In this document: piece by piece, positions 9,315-19,626 of the stretch
How the letters are laid out: every line of letters begins with the position of its first letter
How positions within the stretch are numbered: the first letter of the stretch is position 1
Virus record (IMG/VR): IMGVR_UViG_3300031772_002569
Coordinates: 10,031 to 74,030 of that record
Origin: a virus
DNA: 64,000 nt
Reading direction: 5' to 3' (one strand)
Notes under the pieces: model-generated
Databases searched by the model: none
Told to the model about the DNA's origin: nothing
Seen by the model: only the letters and a program-made list of their open reading frames with translations
Program-made: the position numbers and the translations under genes

Positions 9315-11555
9315 TTATTCTTTTTTTAGAAAAAGTCCATTCATGGTCTTTGAAATGGAACCTATCTCTGTGACATTGATGTTCTTAGCATCTTTTCCAT
9401 ACATTGTTTGAAATTGGCGTAATAGGTGTTCACCAGTGTTTAATCCTAATGGGTGAGGAGATGAATATTCATGTTTGTCTTTAATAAAATAACTCAGAAT
9501 CTTTATTCCGTATGACCTGATTATTTGCATCTGTCGTTTGGTATGGAGTGCCGCGGGTTGTTCTGTATAAGAAAATCCCAGACCATTTGCCGCAGCGAAG
9601 GTATAACAAGGTTCTCCATCCGAAAGATTAAGAAAGTAGTGATCTTCTCCAACGACTCTCTTATTCAAGATACATTCATTCATTATGGCTTCGAAGGCTA
9701 ATCCTTCTGGAGTTCCTCCATTCGGCCTAAGAAACGGAAATAGATTTCTAATTTTGCTAATGTTATCCTTTTCCGAGTCGTATGCGATAACAATATATGG
9801 TAAATCCACCGACCCTATTCGGTGTGTTGCACGTAATGATACCGAAACATGAACGTTTTGAATACGGGATGCTGCTACACAGATAGCTGTCAAACAAGTC
9901 ATTGTAGGCAACCATTTTGTATCGGACGACATAGATCCACTTGAATCTACTGTTATATGCAATCGTGCAACTTCATAACTTTCTTTTTTTAATTTATAGA
10001 AAATGTTTTCTGTGCCGGTTGCTAGTTCCGATAGGATTCTTCTTTCTATTTTTCCTGATGATCGTCTTATGTATTTTATAATATTCGTTTCGTTACGAAT
10101 TTGAAGTCTCTTTCCTAATCTTTTTCCCAAAGCAATTCCGTCTAATACAGCGGATAACGTTTTTTTGTCTGGTTCAGGACTCGTCTGGAAATCATCATGG
10201 GAACAAAATGGGAATACATCTCGTCCGGAAAACATCAATTCTCTCGTAAGATTATTTACAACTACACAATCTACAGTCCTAATTTGTCCCTGTTGTTCAG
10301 CTCCACTAAAATGAGAATGAGCGATGTGAATTCCTGAATTTTCAATAATATCCAACAAAGAACCTTGTTCTTTATTTATTTCCTTTTTAAGATGTTCAGA
10401 ATCATGTTTTAATATTTCCTTGTTTCTATAAAATTGATCTGCGATCTTCTTTATTTGTGATTCTGTAAATTCACTAGTATCTCCACGTGCGTCTTCTGTT
10501 TTTTCTGTTGTTAACTTTTCTGCTTCGGATTTATTACCCCCAATAATATCATCTACATTTTGATTATTATTCTTGGATTCTTCTTTTTTATCCGATGATT
10601 CATCACCGTCGTTTTTATCTCCCTCACCGTCATCACCCTCGTCTTTTGGGGTTGGGGTTGGTGGAACCGAACTATTTCCGCTTTGAGGCATAACATCATC
10701 ATCGGATTTTTTTGAAATCATTTGTGATACCTTCTTGATTGTCTGGTCCATACCACTCGTAGATTGTTTAGATAAAACATCTATGTTATCCAACACGATT
10801 CCTACTAACTCAAATGACAAATCCATTCTAGCCTCAGTTGTTTTAAGACGAAGAATGGAAGATATATCAAATTTTTCGGCTATCTCCAGTAAGGATGGAA
10901 GAGCATCCAAATCTGTGTCGGCATTGGTCAAGTAAACTATTCTATATTCATAACAAGTTAAATTTTTCTTTCTATACATCTTCGATTTCAATGCTGCGCC
11001 GATAGCTTTAGCATTCCAAAGTCGATTGTATAGAGCTTTATAATACCCTCTATATCCGGGAGCTTCATTAAAAATATAAGAATCAATGTATCTGTCTTCT
11101 ACAACATTAAACATCATTTTACAAAACTCGGCCACTTCTTCTCTTCTAAGATTTTTTCTCTTTCCTTTCTCGTATAGCGAGGGAGGAATTTTTAACCACA
11201 TGGATTTAAATACATCAAAATCAGATTTTACTATGTGTGCAGCCTCGTGTAATGCCAATCCAATTGACCAATCAAAATCGGATTTCTTTAGAATTGATGC
11301 GGAGATGTAAACAATCTCCCCATCAGTTGCTCCAGATTCGCCACTATAATACTTTACAGGAATACTTTTATTTGTTAAAATAGATACGAAGTTGGAAATA
11401 ACTCTCCGATATCCAGCCAATTTAATCAAATCCATTGTAAATAATGGTCCTGTGGTAGCATCTTTTTCGTCTTGATCTATATAGGTTTCAAAATTGGTAT
11501 CATCCAACCAATAGTCTGAATAACAGTCTTCGACTTTATTGATGTCATTAGACAT
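9315..11555 (-). CDS. vWA-domain protein with N-terminal zincin-like domain (CobT-like MoxR partner)
   Basis: ATDGE, LHEAAH, NVVEDRYID, acidic linker, MIDAS VDSSGSM...GGTPEG...LSDGEP. Confidence 0.85.
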   Translation of the reverse strand: MSNDINKVEDCYSDYWLDDTNFETYIDQDEKDATTGPLFTMDLIKLAGYRRVISNFVSILTNKSIPVKYYSGESGATDGEIVYISASILKKSDFDWSIGLALHEAAHIVKSDFDVFKSMWLKIPPSLYEKGKRKNLRREEVAEFCKMMFNVVEDRYIDSYIFNEAPGYRGYYKALYNRLWNAKAIGAALKSKMYRKKNLTCYEYRIVYLTNADTDLDALPSLLEIAEKFDISSILRLKTTEARMDLSFELVGIVLDNIDVLSKQSTSGMDQTIKKVSQMISKKSDDDVMPQSGNSSVPPTPTPKDEGDDGEGDKNDGDESSDKKEESKNNNQNVDDIIGGNKSEAEKLTTEKTEDARGDTSEFTESQIKKIADQFYRNKEILKHDSEHLKKEINKEQGSLLDIIENSGIHIAHSHFSGAEQQGQIRTVDCVVVNNLTRELMFSGRDVFPFCSHDDFQTSPEPDKKTLSAVLDGIALGKRLGKRLQIRNETNIIKYIRRSSGKIERRILSELATGTENIFYKLKKESYEVARLHITVDSSGSMSSDTKWLPTMTCLTAICVAASRIQNVHVSVSLRATHRIGSVDLPYIVIAYDSEKDNISKIRNLFPFLRPNGGTPEGLAFEAIMNECILNKRVVGEDHYFLNLSDGEPCYTFAAANGLGFSYTEQPAALHTKRQMQIIRSYGIKILSYFIKDKHEYSSPHPLGLNTGEHLLRQFQTMYGKDAKNINVTEIGSISKTMNGLFLKKE

Positions 11556-11559
11556 AATA

Positions 11560-12525
11560 TTAGAATGGTAATCTGGTTTTCTTTCCGGTCTTAGTGGGGT
11601 CTGTGATTGGCGAAGCTACGCCGGCAGAGTCCACGTCAAGATACTTTTGAATGATTTGTTTTATATACAATCTCTCCGAATCTGTTCCTCCTTCTTTATC
11701 ATAGAGAGGTAAAATGACCAATTCAGCAATCTCCTTCAATAAAAATTCGTCTATCACCATCTGTGCCATTTCAATTACTGTACCTGTAGGAATGAAGGTA
11801 GAAATTTTGGCGTCATCCATCGCTGATTGTTTTTTGGTATCATCAGAAATCCTACAAATACACTCAAAGGGTTTCTTAAATTTATCAAAATCCCCCTCAA
11901 ACGTTACTTTAAGTAAGTTCATTTCTTGTTCAAAATTCAAAGCATCTATTTCGATGATAACAGGGAATCTTCGTTGAAGGGCAGCATCGATTACTTTTGT
12001 TGCGGTGAATTCATTTCCGATGTTTGCTGTAGAAACAAACATCACTGATTCCTCCACTTTAATTATGGAAGAGTCTGAGGTTTCATCCAGTCGGAGATAT
12101 CGTTGGGTGGAATCCAACACAGGCATTAGAATGTTCCACGCATCGTGATGACCACGGGAAAGTTCATCAAGAAGAATGATGGAATTTGGGGTTTGGATAG
12201 CCGTCACGAATTGTGAAGGATTGAACACCGTTCCTTGGTCTTTCTTGTATGTGGTATTTCCAATCAATGTGGCCCTGGCGTCTTGTGTGGAACCTAGATT
12301 GAAATAAAAGAATGGGCGATTTAATGCCTTGGCTAGACATTGTGCAGACTTGGTTTTACCACAACGAGATGGACCAACTAAGAGAGCGTTTCTTCCTCTT
12401 AAGGCTGCCCAAATCAATCCCTTCCATTTCACAGAATCGATTATTAAATCTTTGGGAATCAAAGTTGAACAAGTTGACAGCATTTCCGTTACATCTACGT
12501 TTGACATACTTTTTGTGAGTTTCAT
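11560..12525 (-). CDS. MoxR-family AAA+ ATPase (CobS/CbbQ-like)
   Basis: GPSRCGKT Walker A, ILLDELSR Walker B, TANIG, DAALQRRF; adjacent to the vWA gene. Confidence 0.9.
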   Translation of the reverse strand: MKLTKSMSNVDVTEMLSTCSTLIPKDLIIDSVKWKGLIWAALRGRNALLVGPSRCGKTKSAQCLAKALNRPFFYFNLGSTQDARATLIGNTTYKKDQGTVFNPSQFVTAIQTPNSIILLDELSRGHHDAWNILMPVLDSTQRYLRLDETSDSSIIKVEESVMFVSTANIGNEFTATKVIDAALQRRFPVIIEIDALNFEQEMNLLKVTFEGDFDKFKKPFECICRISDDTKKQSAMDDAKISTFIPTGTVIEMAQMVIDEFLLKEIAELVILPLYDKEGGTDSERLYIKQIIQKYLDVDSAGVASPITDPTKTGKKTRLPF

Positions 12526-12610
12526 TGGTATAGTGTCTCACACTTTTTATACACAGTCAAGTAAATAATAAAACGTGTTGATTTTCAACGTTTTATAATG
12601 GCAGAAACGG

Positions 12611-13123
12611 TTAGACTGTTGGAGATTCCGGTTTTTCAGAAGATTGCCGTGGAGATTGAACAAATGGATTTGGAATTTCGTGTGCGTCAATAGTATCATT
12701 TTCATACACGCCAATTCTTTCAAGAATCAATTCCAACTTTTCATAATTCATGAATTCAGAAAATCTAATTTGTAAACCTTCATTGTTATTGGCATTCTTT
12801 ACTTTTCTTACAAAAACAACAGGAAAAGGTCGAGACACAGAAAAATAAATATCTTCAACAATATCAATATCTTCAACAATATAATGACGTTGATATCCTT
12901 GTGTATTTGGATTCCATTTAAATCCCCATAATTCTAATGAATCTAAATGAAGTTGTTCAGTAACTTGTTGTCCATCGACTATAGGAGGAACAGGAGCCTT
13001 CATTTTAGTGAATCCCATATTCTTTAAAGCATCCAATTGGTCAGGAGTAAATGCATTAACATTGGATTCCAATAGTTCTTGGACCACTTCCTTTATTAAT
13101 TTTTTGAATTCTGATTTTTTCAT
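12611..13123 (-). CDS. hypothetical protein with MKKSEFKKLIKE leader (putative virion/head protein)
   Basis: N-terminus MKKSEFKKLIKEVVQELLE resembles that of other proteins in the window. Confidence 0.7.
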   Translation of the reverse strand: MKKSEFKKLIKEVVQELLESNVNAFTPDQLDALKNMGFTKMKAPVPPIVDGQQVTEQLHLDSLELWGFKWNPNTQGYQRHYIVEDIDIVEDIYFSVSRPFPVVFVRKVKNANNNEGLQIRFSEFMNYEKLELILERIGVYENDTIDAHEIPNPFVQSPRQSSEKPESPTV

Positions 13124-13124
13124 A

Positions 13125-13382
13125 TTATCTGCTTCCCAAAGTATTCCCTGTTGCAGCGGCCCAGCTAGTTATCTTTTCATTCCACTTTTGCCATCTAGCA
13201 GAGGAATATCCTTTTTTGTATCCCTCTTTAAAGTCATTGTCGGTTTTGTTTATATCAGTTTTTTCTTTGTCGAAATAATTACTCATTCCCAATCTATATC
13301 CTAAAATATATTGATGTGATTTTCCTGATACGTCCGACTTAACACTTTCGGATACTATGGATTTTAAGTCTGATCGTTTCAT
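13125..13382 (-). CDS. hypothetical protein with MKRSDLKSIVSE leader
   Basis: 85-aa ORF with the shared leader type. Confidence 0.7.
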   Translation of the reverse strand: MKRSDLKSIVSESVKSDVSGKSHQYILGYRLGMSNYFDKEKTDINKTDNDFKEGYKKGYSSARWQKWNEKITSWAAATGNTLGSR

Positions 13383-14555
13383 TTAAGCTTTGAACTTCGG
13401 TGTTTTTTTATCCTTAACAATCAATTTCTTATCGTTCTTATGTTTAGGCGGTTTAACTTTGTTATCCTTGTCGGTGAAGTCTCTTAAACGTTTTAATTTA
13501 TCAACCTCCACGCTTTTCATTGGTTGGTTTGGCTGGTCGTCGTCTTCCTCGACATCCTTTTTGTTGTAATCCTTTTCATCGTTCTTTGTATCGCCTACTT
13601 CTTTTCTTTTGGGTTTATCGTGTTGAGGAAGATCTCCTTTGTCTGATTGATCCTTCAAATGTCCCATTGCTTTTGCTTTGGCCGAATCAACCTTAGTATC
13701 TTCGACATCTTTGAAGTTAGCTTTTACAAATGCCTTTACTTGGTCCCAGTTCAATGCGATAGCACGAATTCTGTCATCAAGATTCACCATCGCTTCAATA
13801 TCAAACAGATTCTCGCATGTCTGAGAAATACGAACACGGAAAAGAGCCTTTGCATCTACGTTTAAATCGTTGTGGTCATCCCAATACACCAAGAAATCTT
13901 TGTTTATTTCATTGACAATTTTACTTAATTCCTGTTCAAGCTGTAATCTGGTTAAACCCAATCGTTGATTTCCATCTTTGGAGTATTGTTTGTCTATTGT
14001 TTCTTTTTCTTCTTTGTTTAGTTCGGGAGTTGGAACACTCATTACTTCCGTCAATACCTTACTTACAATCTTTCGCAGAGACTCTTTCAATTGATTTTTC
14101 TGTGCAGATTTTTTCTCAAGGCGGACTTCATTCAAAGTCACTCTTATTAAATTTTTAAGTGTTTGTTTATTCATTTTTTTATTCTCCTGAAATCTATCTC
14201 TCGGTTCATATTGAGTGGGGTCAATTGGTTTTTGTATGGTTTCAATTCCTGGTTTTAAATGTTTAGCAACATCATAGACATTCACACCTACTTCGGTTTT
14301 GTCATACATTGGACCCTTAATGGATTCTCCTGTGTTCGAGTCGATGTATCGAACAACTTGGTCTAAATTTTTAGCGTGTTTTTTATATTTTTCGGCTGCT
14401 TCCTCAAAAGAATTGACTTTCAATTTCTTCCATTCGACTGCAAATATTTTTCGTTCAACTTTTTCAAGAATGTGTAATTTAGCCGAACTAAAGCTCGAAG
14501 CTCCACTTGGCTGCACCCTAACTTGTCTATCTATAATCAAAACATTATCGTTCAT
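13383..14555 (-). CDS. hypothetical late protein with internal leader-like helices
   Basis: Preceded by TATTTATA; internal MNKQTLKNLIRVTLNE and LKESLRKIVSKVLTE; charged C-terminus. Confidence 0.75.
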   Translation of the reverse strand: MNDNVLIIDRQVRVQPSGASSFSSAKLHILEKVERKIFAVEWKKLKVNSFEEAAEKYKKHAKNLDQVVRYIDSNTGESIKGPMYDKTEVGVNVYDVAKHLKPGIETIQKPIDPTQYEPRDRFQENKKMNKQTLKNLIRVTLNEVRLEKKSAQKNQLKESLRKIVSKVLTEVMSVPTPELNKEEKETIDKQYSKDGNQRLGLTRLQLEQELSKIVNEINKDFLVYWDDHNDLNVDAKALFRVRISQTCENLFDIEAMVNLDDRIRAIALNWDQVKAFVKANFKDVEDTKVDSAKAKAMGHLKDQSDKGDLPQHDKPKRKEVGDTKNDEKDYNKKDVEEDDDQPNQPMKSVEVDKLKRLRDFTDKDNKVKPPKHKNDKKLIVKDKKTPKFKA

Positions 14556-14560
14556 ATTGT

Positions 14561-14568
14561 TATAAATA
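14561..14568 (-). promoter_or_regulatory. putative late promoter TATTTATA
   Basis: Recurrent sense-strand octamer, here 5 nt before the ATG. Confidence 0.6.
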
Positions 14569-14577
14569 TTGATAACT

Positions 14578-15369
14578 TCAACTAAAAAACATATTTTCGG
14601 TCTTATTATCCACTCGAATTTCCTCTATTTCTTCTTTATATACAGTATTCTTTGGATATGATTGAAATGGGTGTTTTAGATTATTTAAAATATTCTTCTT
14701 TTTTATCTTATTCCCCAACAAATAGACGTATCTATGTTTGGTGGATTCTTTTTTCCTCCAAAACGTCTTTCCTATCGTTTTCTTTAAATGTTCTATATTA
14801 TGTGACCCAAATGTTGAGAATGCTGTTCTTGAGTGCATCCATTTATAATTCGGTGGTCCTGATAATGATATGGAGAAGTTAGGCATAAGGGCTAACGACG
14901 AATTACCCTGATAATAAAAGCCAGACGCTTGGTAGATGATTCCCCTGTGACCTTGTTCATTATCCGCGTAACTTATGACGGCTTTGATTTTGGTCATGTC
15001 TCTTTTTAACAAAGATAGGGTATTCGATATACAATAACTTTCTATATTTCTTCCGTATCCGTCGTGAATAAACAAACGAGTAAGTTCTGTACATTCATTT
15101 ATTTTAATTAGGGGAGATATTGATTCTGCTGCGCTTCTTCCTACAGGACCACCATAAATCACTGCACCAATGAGTTTCACGGGTTTACAATCAAAAAATT
15201 CAGAAACATCTTCGGTATGATAATATATTCCGTAAGCTACATCACATAACGTCCATTTATGACTGTAATGATATTTTTCTATTAATTCTCTAGCGGAAGA
15301 CTTATCAATGGATTGTATAACAATCTTTGATGTATCTGTGTAACTTTCTTTTTCTTCGGATATAACCAT
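14578..15369 (-). CDS. Mom-like adenine modification protein (GNAT fold)
   Basis: ARELIEKYHYSH, LIGAVIYG.P, ELTRLF, RNIESYCIS, VISYAD..QGHRGIIYQASGFYYQG. Confidence 0.85.
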   Translation of the reverse strand: MVISEEKESYTDTSKIVIQSIDKSSARELIEKYHYSHKWTLCDVAYGIYYHTEDVSEFFDCKPVKLIGAVIYGGPVGRSAAESISPLIKINECTELTRLFIHDGYGRNIESYCISNTLSLLKRDMTKIKAVISYADNEQGHRGIIYQASGFYYQGNSSLALMPNFSISLSGPPNYKWMHSRTAFSTFGSHNIEHLKKTIGKTFWRKKESTKHRYVYLLGNKIKKKNILNNLKHPFQSYPKNTVYKEEIEEIRVDNKTENMFFS

Positions 15370-15378
15370 GTATCTACA

Positions 15379-15678
15379 TTACACCAACCGTTCTAATTTC
15401 AACATATTTTTTAGTTCCGATTCGTTTTTATATACCATCAATTTTATATCAGGTTGCATACCATGAAGATAATTTTTTAGAAATGTGGCTAATGATACAG
15501 AACCGTTTTGATGAATGAATCCAATTTTGTGTTTTTTAATCTTACCAAGATTTACATCTAATAATAGATTTTTGTAATCGGTGTAAGTTTTCATTACACA
15601 GTTATCGAAATTACCCACGTTTTTTACGGTATCTATATCTTCATCAACAATGAATACATGTGGTTTGGAGTTTTTCAT
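15379..15678 (-). CDS. hypothetical protein
   Basis: 99-aa ORF in operon. Confidence 0.65.
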   Translation of the reverse strand: MKNSKPHVFIVDEDIDTVKNVGNFDNCVMKTYTDYKNLLLDVNLGKIKKHKIGFIHQNGSVSLATFLKNYLHGMQPDIKLMVYKNESELKNMLKLERLV

Positions 15679-15684
15679 AATTTC

Positions 15685-16053
15685 TTACTTATTTTCTAAT
15701 TCATCTATTCGATGATTTTTTCTTGTTAATTCTTCTTGATAATTTTCTATAGTATTCTTCATCAAGACGGATTCTTCCTTTAATCGTGTTAACAACTCTT
15801 CATTGTGTTCCAACTCAATCTTTAAGGCGTCGTTTTCCTTTTTGATTTTATCCGAGTCGGAGTGACATTTATCGAGTTCTCCCCAAATGTGTTCTCTCAT
15901 TTCTGATTCTGCTTTAGTCACTGCCTCTATGGCCTTTACCTGCATATCAGTCATTAATTTTGTTTGTTGAAGTCTCACTCGGCGGTTGGCAACCGCGTAT
16001 GTCAAAACCAATGTTACCAGTGGTGGTAATAGTATTGTCAATAATTCCAACAT
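15685..16053 (-). CDS. membrane-anchored coiled-coil protein (possibly lysis-related)
   Basis: One N-terminal TM helix plus coiled coil; TATTTATA motif at 16081-16088 upstream. Confidence 0.6.
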   Translation of the reverse strand: MLELLTILLPPLVTLVLTYAVANRRVRLQQTKLMTDMQVKAIEAVTKAESEMREHIWGELDKCHSDSDKIKKENDALKIELEHNEELLTRLKEESVLMKNTIENYQEELTRKNHRIDELENK

Positions 16054-16117
16054 AAAAAATCCCCAGTCATGCCCGTTTTTTATAAATATAATGGAATTAT
16101 TCTAAAATCAAATGAGT

Positions 16118-18094
16118 TTAACTTTTAGTAATCAATTGACATGAATCATTATTACAAAACCGTTCGACATCTGCTTCTTCGTGTTTTATTCCACGGAATT
16201 TAACGTGTTTTATCTTAGCAGACATTTTTTCATATTCTTCACGGGTAATAGTCTCATAAGGCATCTGTTTATAGGCACCACCCTTTTCGAGTATTGGTAG
16301 AAACGATATTCCTTTGAGTTGATACTGATAGAAATTTAATACATGTTGGATTTGGTCTGCTTCATCCTTACGGAATGATATAGTGCAAGAAACTTGATTG
16401 TCTGCCCAATATCTCTGTAAAAATGCTGCCAAAGCCGCCTGTTCCCAAATACTTACACTTTTTACAGGTCGCAATTTATCTCCTACATTAACAGGAATTT
16501 CTACAACAACCGTAGTGTCTTCGGAACCGTAACACGGTTCAATGTGATAACCAGCTTCTTTAAGGGGAGCAATCAAATCACTGTATTTAGAAAGTCTCAT
16601 ACGTCGTATATAGCATACGTTTTCAGGAAAGTGAACTCCGGGAGTTGCTCCAGCAACCAAACTTACGGTTCCACTTGGTTTAATGGAAGTCTTCTTAATG
16701 CTTTTTGGTATAGCCAACCAGTCAGAATAAACTTCGTCGTAGTATTCAATCTTCTTGTATCCAGTTTCACACCACGTTTTGAATTCATCAATTCCTCTAT
16801 TGGATAAGAATTGAACTATTCCACTCATGCTGCATCCGATTCTTCTATTTCTTAACATGACTCGATTCGTTTCAGGCCAATGCGTTTGTCCGAGTGTAAC
16901 CGTCTTAGCATACAAGTAAGCATATTTCAAGGTAATCATGTAGTCTTCTATACTTTCGTGATTATTAGGAAATGTTTCAACCAAGCAACATAATTCGTAA
17001 GATTCCAAACTTTGTTCAAGACATGGATTCCCTCCTTCAACTCTATGGTCTTTGTGATCTTTCCCGTTATTCATACGGGAATATCCTTTCATATTCTCCA
17101 ACCATGCATATCCAGGTTCTCCGTTTATTTTTGTTCTTTCGGAAGCATTGGCATAATCCATTCCCAATTCACAAAAAATGGAATTGTTAGATGTCCATCC
17201 ATATTCTTCTCGTTGTGGGTTCTTTTTATAATTCTTTAAGTCAAGATATTCGTCGGAGTTATAATCACCAAATACAATTTCTGCTGTTCTACGAACGTTT
17301 CCTGCAACTACACACTTTCCAATCAAATTCATTGTATCTACAATTGTTGTGATTGTAATTGGTTGTCCAACATTTTTTTCAAACACTAAACGTAAACTAT
17401 CGTGAAGGTCTATTAGAGGTTGTGGACCGGATGAAACACCACCAAATCCTTTGATTGGTTTTCCGGCTTCTCGAATCAAAGAATAATCAAAATAAACTTC
17501 TTTTGTCTCAAGAAGATATGATTCTATCAACGATTTCGTAGATTCTACCCAACCTTCTCTTGTGTCAGCAATTTTATAAATATGTTCTTGACATAAAGTT
17601 GGTTTTCCTACTTTTATTTTTCCTGCACCACGTATATCAAATCCTACACCGACGCCTAACATTGACATATCCATCAAAAAACAAAATGATTTAGATACAT
17701 CCTCTTTTATTGTTGATGTAGAAACGAATGCACAGTTATTTAACGCAGCATACAAATGTCTCTCTTCGGTGATTGGACTTCCCATAGCCCACAAACCTCT
17801 TCCGGGAGGAAGAAATTTCATATTGAACATTCTATCATACATCTCCTGTGCCGACTTCTGAGCTTTTATAGAATTCCATCCGAGTTTGTGTTGTTCTATC
17901 CAAGTCTTTTGCATGTTGAACGTGCCTTCTACGACACGTTGAACTGTTTCCCACCACTTTTCATTATCTCCATTTATTTTAATTCTTGAGTATGTTCTTA
18001 GATAAACCAATTCTCCTAATCCATTAAATCCAAAGGGAGGTTTCTGTCTTTTATACTTTTCGAGGAATGCGTCGGTTAGCCTAAATTTATCCAT
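16118..18094 (-). CDS. nrdJ: class II (adenosylcobalamin-dependent) ribonucleotide reductase, monomeric RTPR type
   Basis: RTYSR, PPGRGLW, NNCAF, GVGVGFD, GNVRRTAE, NPCLEQ...CCLVE, TSIKPSGTVS, C-terminal FCNNDSC. Confidence 0.93.
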   Translation of the reverse strand: MDKFRLTDAFLEKYKRQKPPFGFNGLGELVYLRTYSRIKINGDNEKWWETVQRVVEGTFNMQKTWIEQHKLGWNSIKAQKSAQEMYDRMFNMKFLPPGRGLWAMGSPITEERHLYAALNNCAFVSTSTIKEDVSKSFCFLMDMSMLGVGVGFDIRGAGKIKVGKPTLCQEHIYKIADTREGWVESTKSLIESYLLETKEVYFDYSLIREAGKPIKGFGGVSSGPQPLIDLHDSLRLVFEKNVGQPITITTIVDTMNLIGKCVVAGNVRRTAEIVFGDYNSDEYLDLKNYKKNPQREEYGWTSNNSIFCELGMDYANASERTKINGEPGYAWLENMKGYSRMNNGKDHKDHRVEGGNPCLEQSLESYELCCLVETFPNNHESIEDYMITLKYAYLYAKTVTLGQTHWPETNRVMLRNRRIGCSMSGIVQFLSNRGIDEFKTWCETGYKKIEYYDEVYSDWLAIPKSIKKTSIKPSGTVSLVAGATPGVHFPENVCYIRRMRLSKYSDLIAPLKEAGYHIEPCYGSEDTTVVVEIPVNVGDKLRPVKSVSIWEQAALAAFLQRYWADNQVSCTISFRKDEADQIQHVLNFYQYQLKGISFLPILEKGGAYKQMPYETITREEYEKMSAKIKHVKFRGIKHEEADVERFCNNDSCQLITKS

Positions 18095-18213
18095 ATTCTT
18101 TAATTCGTTCTTGCTTTATTTTCTAATAATTATGATTATATATTCAATTACTTTAATAAATCACAAATTGAACAGAAATTTATTTTTGCGTTTACTTTTT
18201 TTTCAAAGTACTA

Positions 18214-19626
18214 TCAATTGAAATCCTTATCGTCTGGAATTTCTCTTTCATCCAATGCTTTGTTTTTCTTTACTTTATTCCAATTATCTCGGAGAATATT
18301 TTTGGTGGTATCTTCAGCGCTGCTCATTTTTTGTTGAACCTCAATTCCCTCTCTGGTAGATGGGTCAAATACTTGAATGTTTCCATTCGACGAATCGAAA
18401 AAGGTTGGAAACGTTATTCCATCGGCACCGAAACGGTTTTTCATAACATGAATTCTAGCAGTAGATGCTGCTTTGTCTTCCATCTTTCTTGATAATGAAA
18501 GAATAAAATCTCCCGTCATAATTTTTCTATAAGAATCAGCAACGTTATGTGCTTGGATTACTTCTTCTTCGTGGGAAGAACGATTTGATTGTGATGCTGT
18601 CCATATTGGAATTTGTAATTCTCCGGCTACCGTTCTTAATTCTTCATATACACTTCCTGCTTCGGAATAAGAATTGGAATTCTTTTCGGCTGTCATTGGT
18701 CGTAACAAATCGGCGTAATCTACCACCATCATATCAATTTTTTTACCGGTTAACATCTGAATTCTTTCCGCGTGAGTTTTTAAATTATGTGGGGCAATAG
18801 TCTTGATGGGGAAATATTTAATGAATAGTCTTCCGGGAATATCCGATATTTTCTTTTTGACTATCTCAACATTTTGACGAATTGATTGGAAATCGATTCC
18901 TGTGAAACAGGCATCATATCTAAGTCCTACATAGTTTTCATTTAATTCCAATGTAAAGTGTGCCACATTTTTTCCACGTTTCATGGCTTCAGCACCTAAC
19001 CTTGCCAATAACCATGATTTACCGGAACCAGCAGGGGCAACAATAAATCCCAATTCTCCTTTTGCTAATCCACCGTCACAAATTTGGTCAATGATTTCCC
19101 ATCCTGTAGGTATGGTTTCTCTTGCCATCTCACTCATTCTTTTCTCAATATCTTCAGTATAATCATGACCCAAATTTCGTTCGCTTCCAGCCTTTAATGC
19201 ATCATCTACAACGTTCTTGATGCTATCATATTGACCTTGTTTTAAATAGTCAACCGATTCCATAATAGCATTCTTGAGCTTTTGATTCCTACAAAATTCC
19301 AAGAACTGTTCCTTAACGAATTTCAAATCCGTGTCGTTCATTTTTGTATATACCAATCTTAATTGATCTATCACCGATCTTTTTAAGACTTCATTTTCTA
19401 TATTGTCTGATTTGATTTTGAATACGTTCAAGGTTGGAAGGTCTTTGTAGTGAATGAAGTATTCCTTTGTAGTTTCTACAACCCATTTGTTTGCATCTGT
19501 TTCCCAGTATTCTACACTGAGAATGTCATATATTCGTTCAAGAAACAATTTATCCGATATCAATGCTGATACACACTTTGTTTGAAACTCTTGTCCGAAT
19601 TTTTTTAGATTGTCTATTTCCGTCAT
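18214..19626 (-). CDS. replicative DnaB-like helicase (T4 gp41-like)
   Basis: APAGSGKS Walker A, FTLEL, VVDYADLL, IWTASQSNR, KNRFG. Confidence 0.92.
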   Translation of the reverse strand: MTEIDNLKKFGQEFQTKCVSALISDKLFLERIYDILSVEYWETDANKWVVETTKEYFIHYKDLPTLNVFKIKSDNIENEVLKRSVIDQLRLVYTKMNDTDLKFVKEQFLEFCRNQKLKNAIMESVDYLKQGQYDSIKNVVDDALKAGSERNLGHDYTEDIEKRMSEMARETIPTGWEIIDQICDGGLAKGELGFIVAPAGSGKSWLLARLGAEAMKRGKNVAHFTLELNENYVGLRYDACFTGIDFQSIRQNVEIVKKKISDIPGRLFIKYFPIKTIAPHNLKTHAERIQMLTGKKIDMMVVDYADLLRPMTAEKNSNSYSEAGSVYEELRTVAGELQIPIWTASQSNRSSHEEEVIQAHNVADSYRKIMTGDFILSLSRKMEDKAASTARIHVMKNRFGADGITFPTFFDSSNGNIQVFDPSTREGIEVQQKMSSAEDTTKNILRDNWNKVKKNKALDEREIPDDKDFN

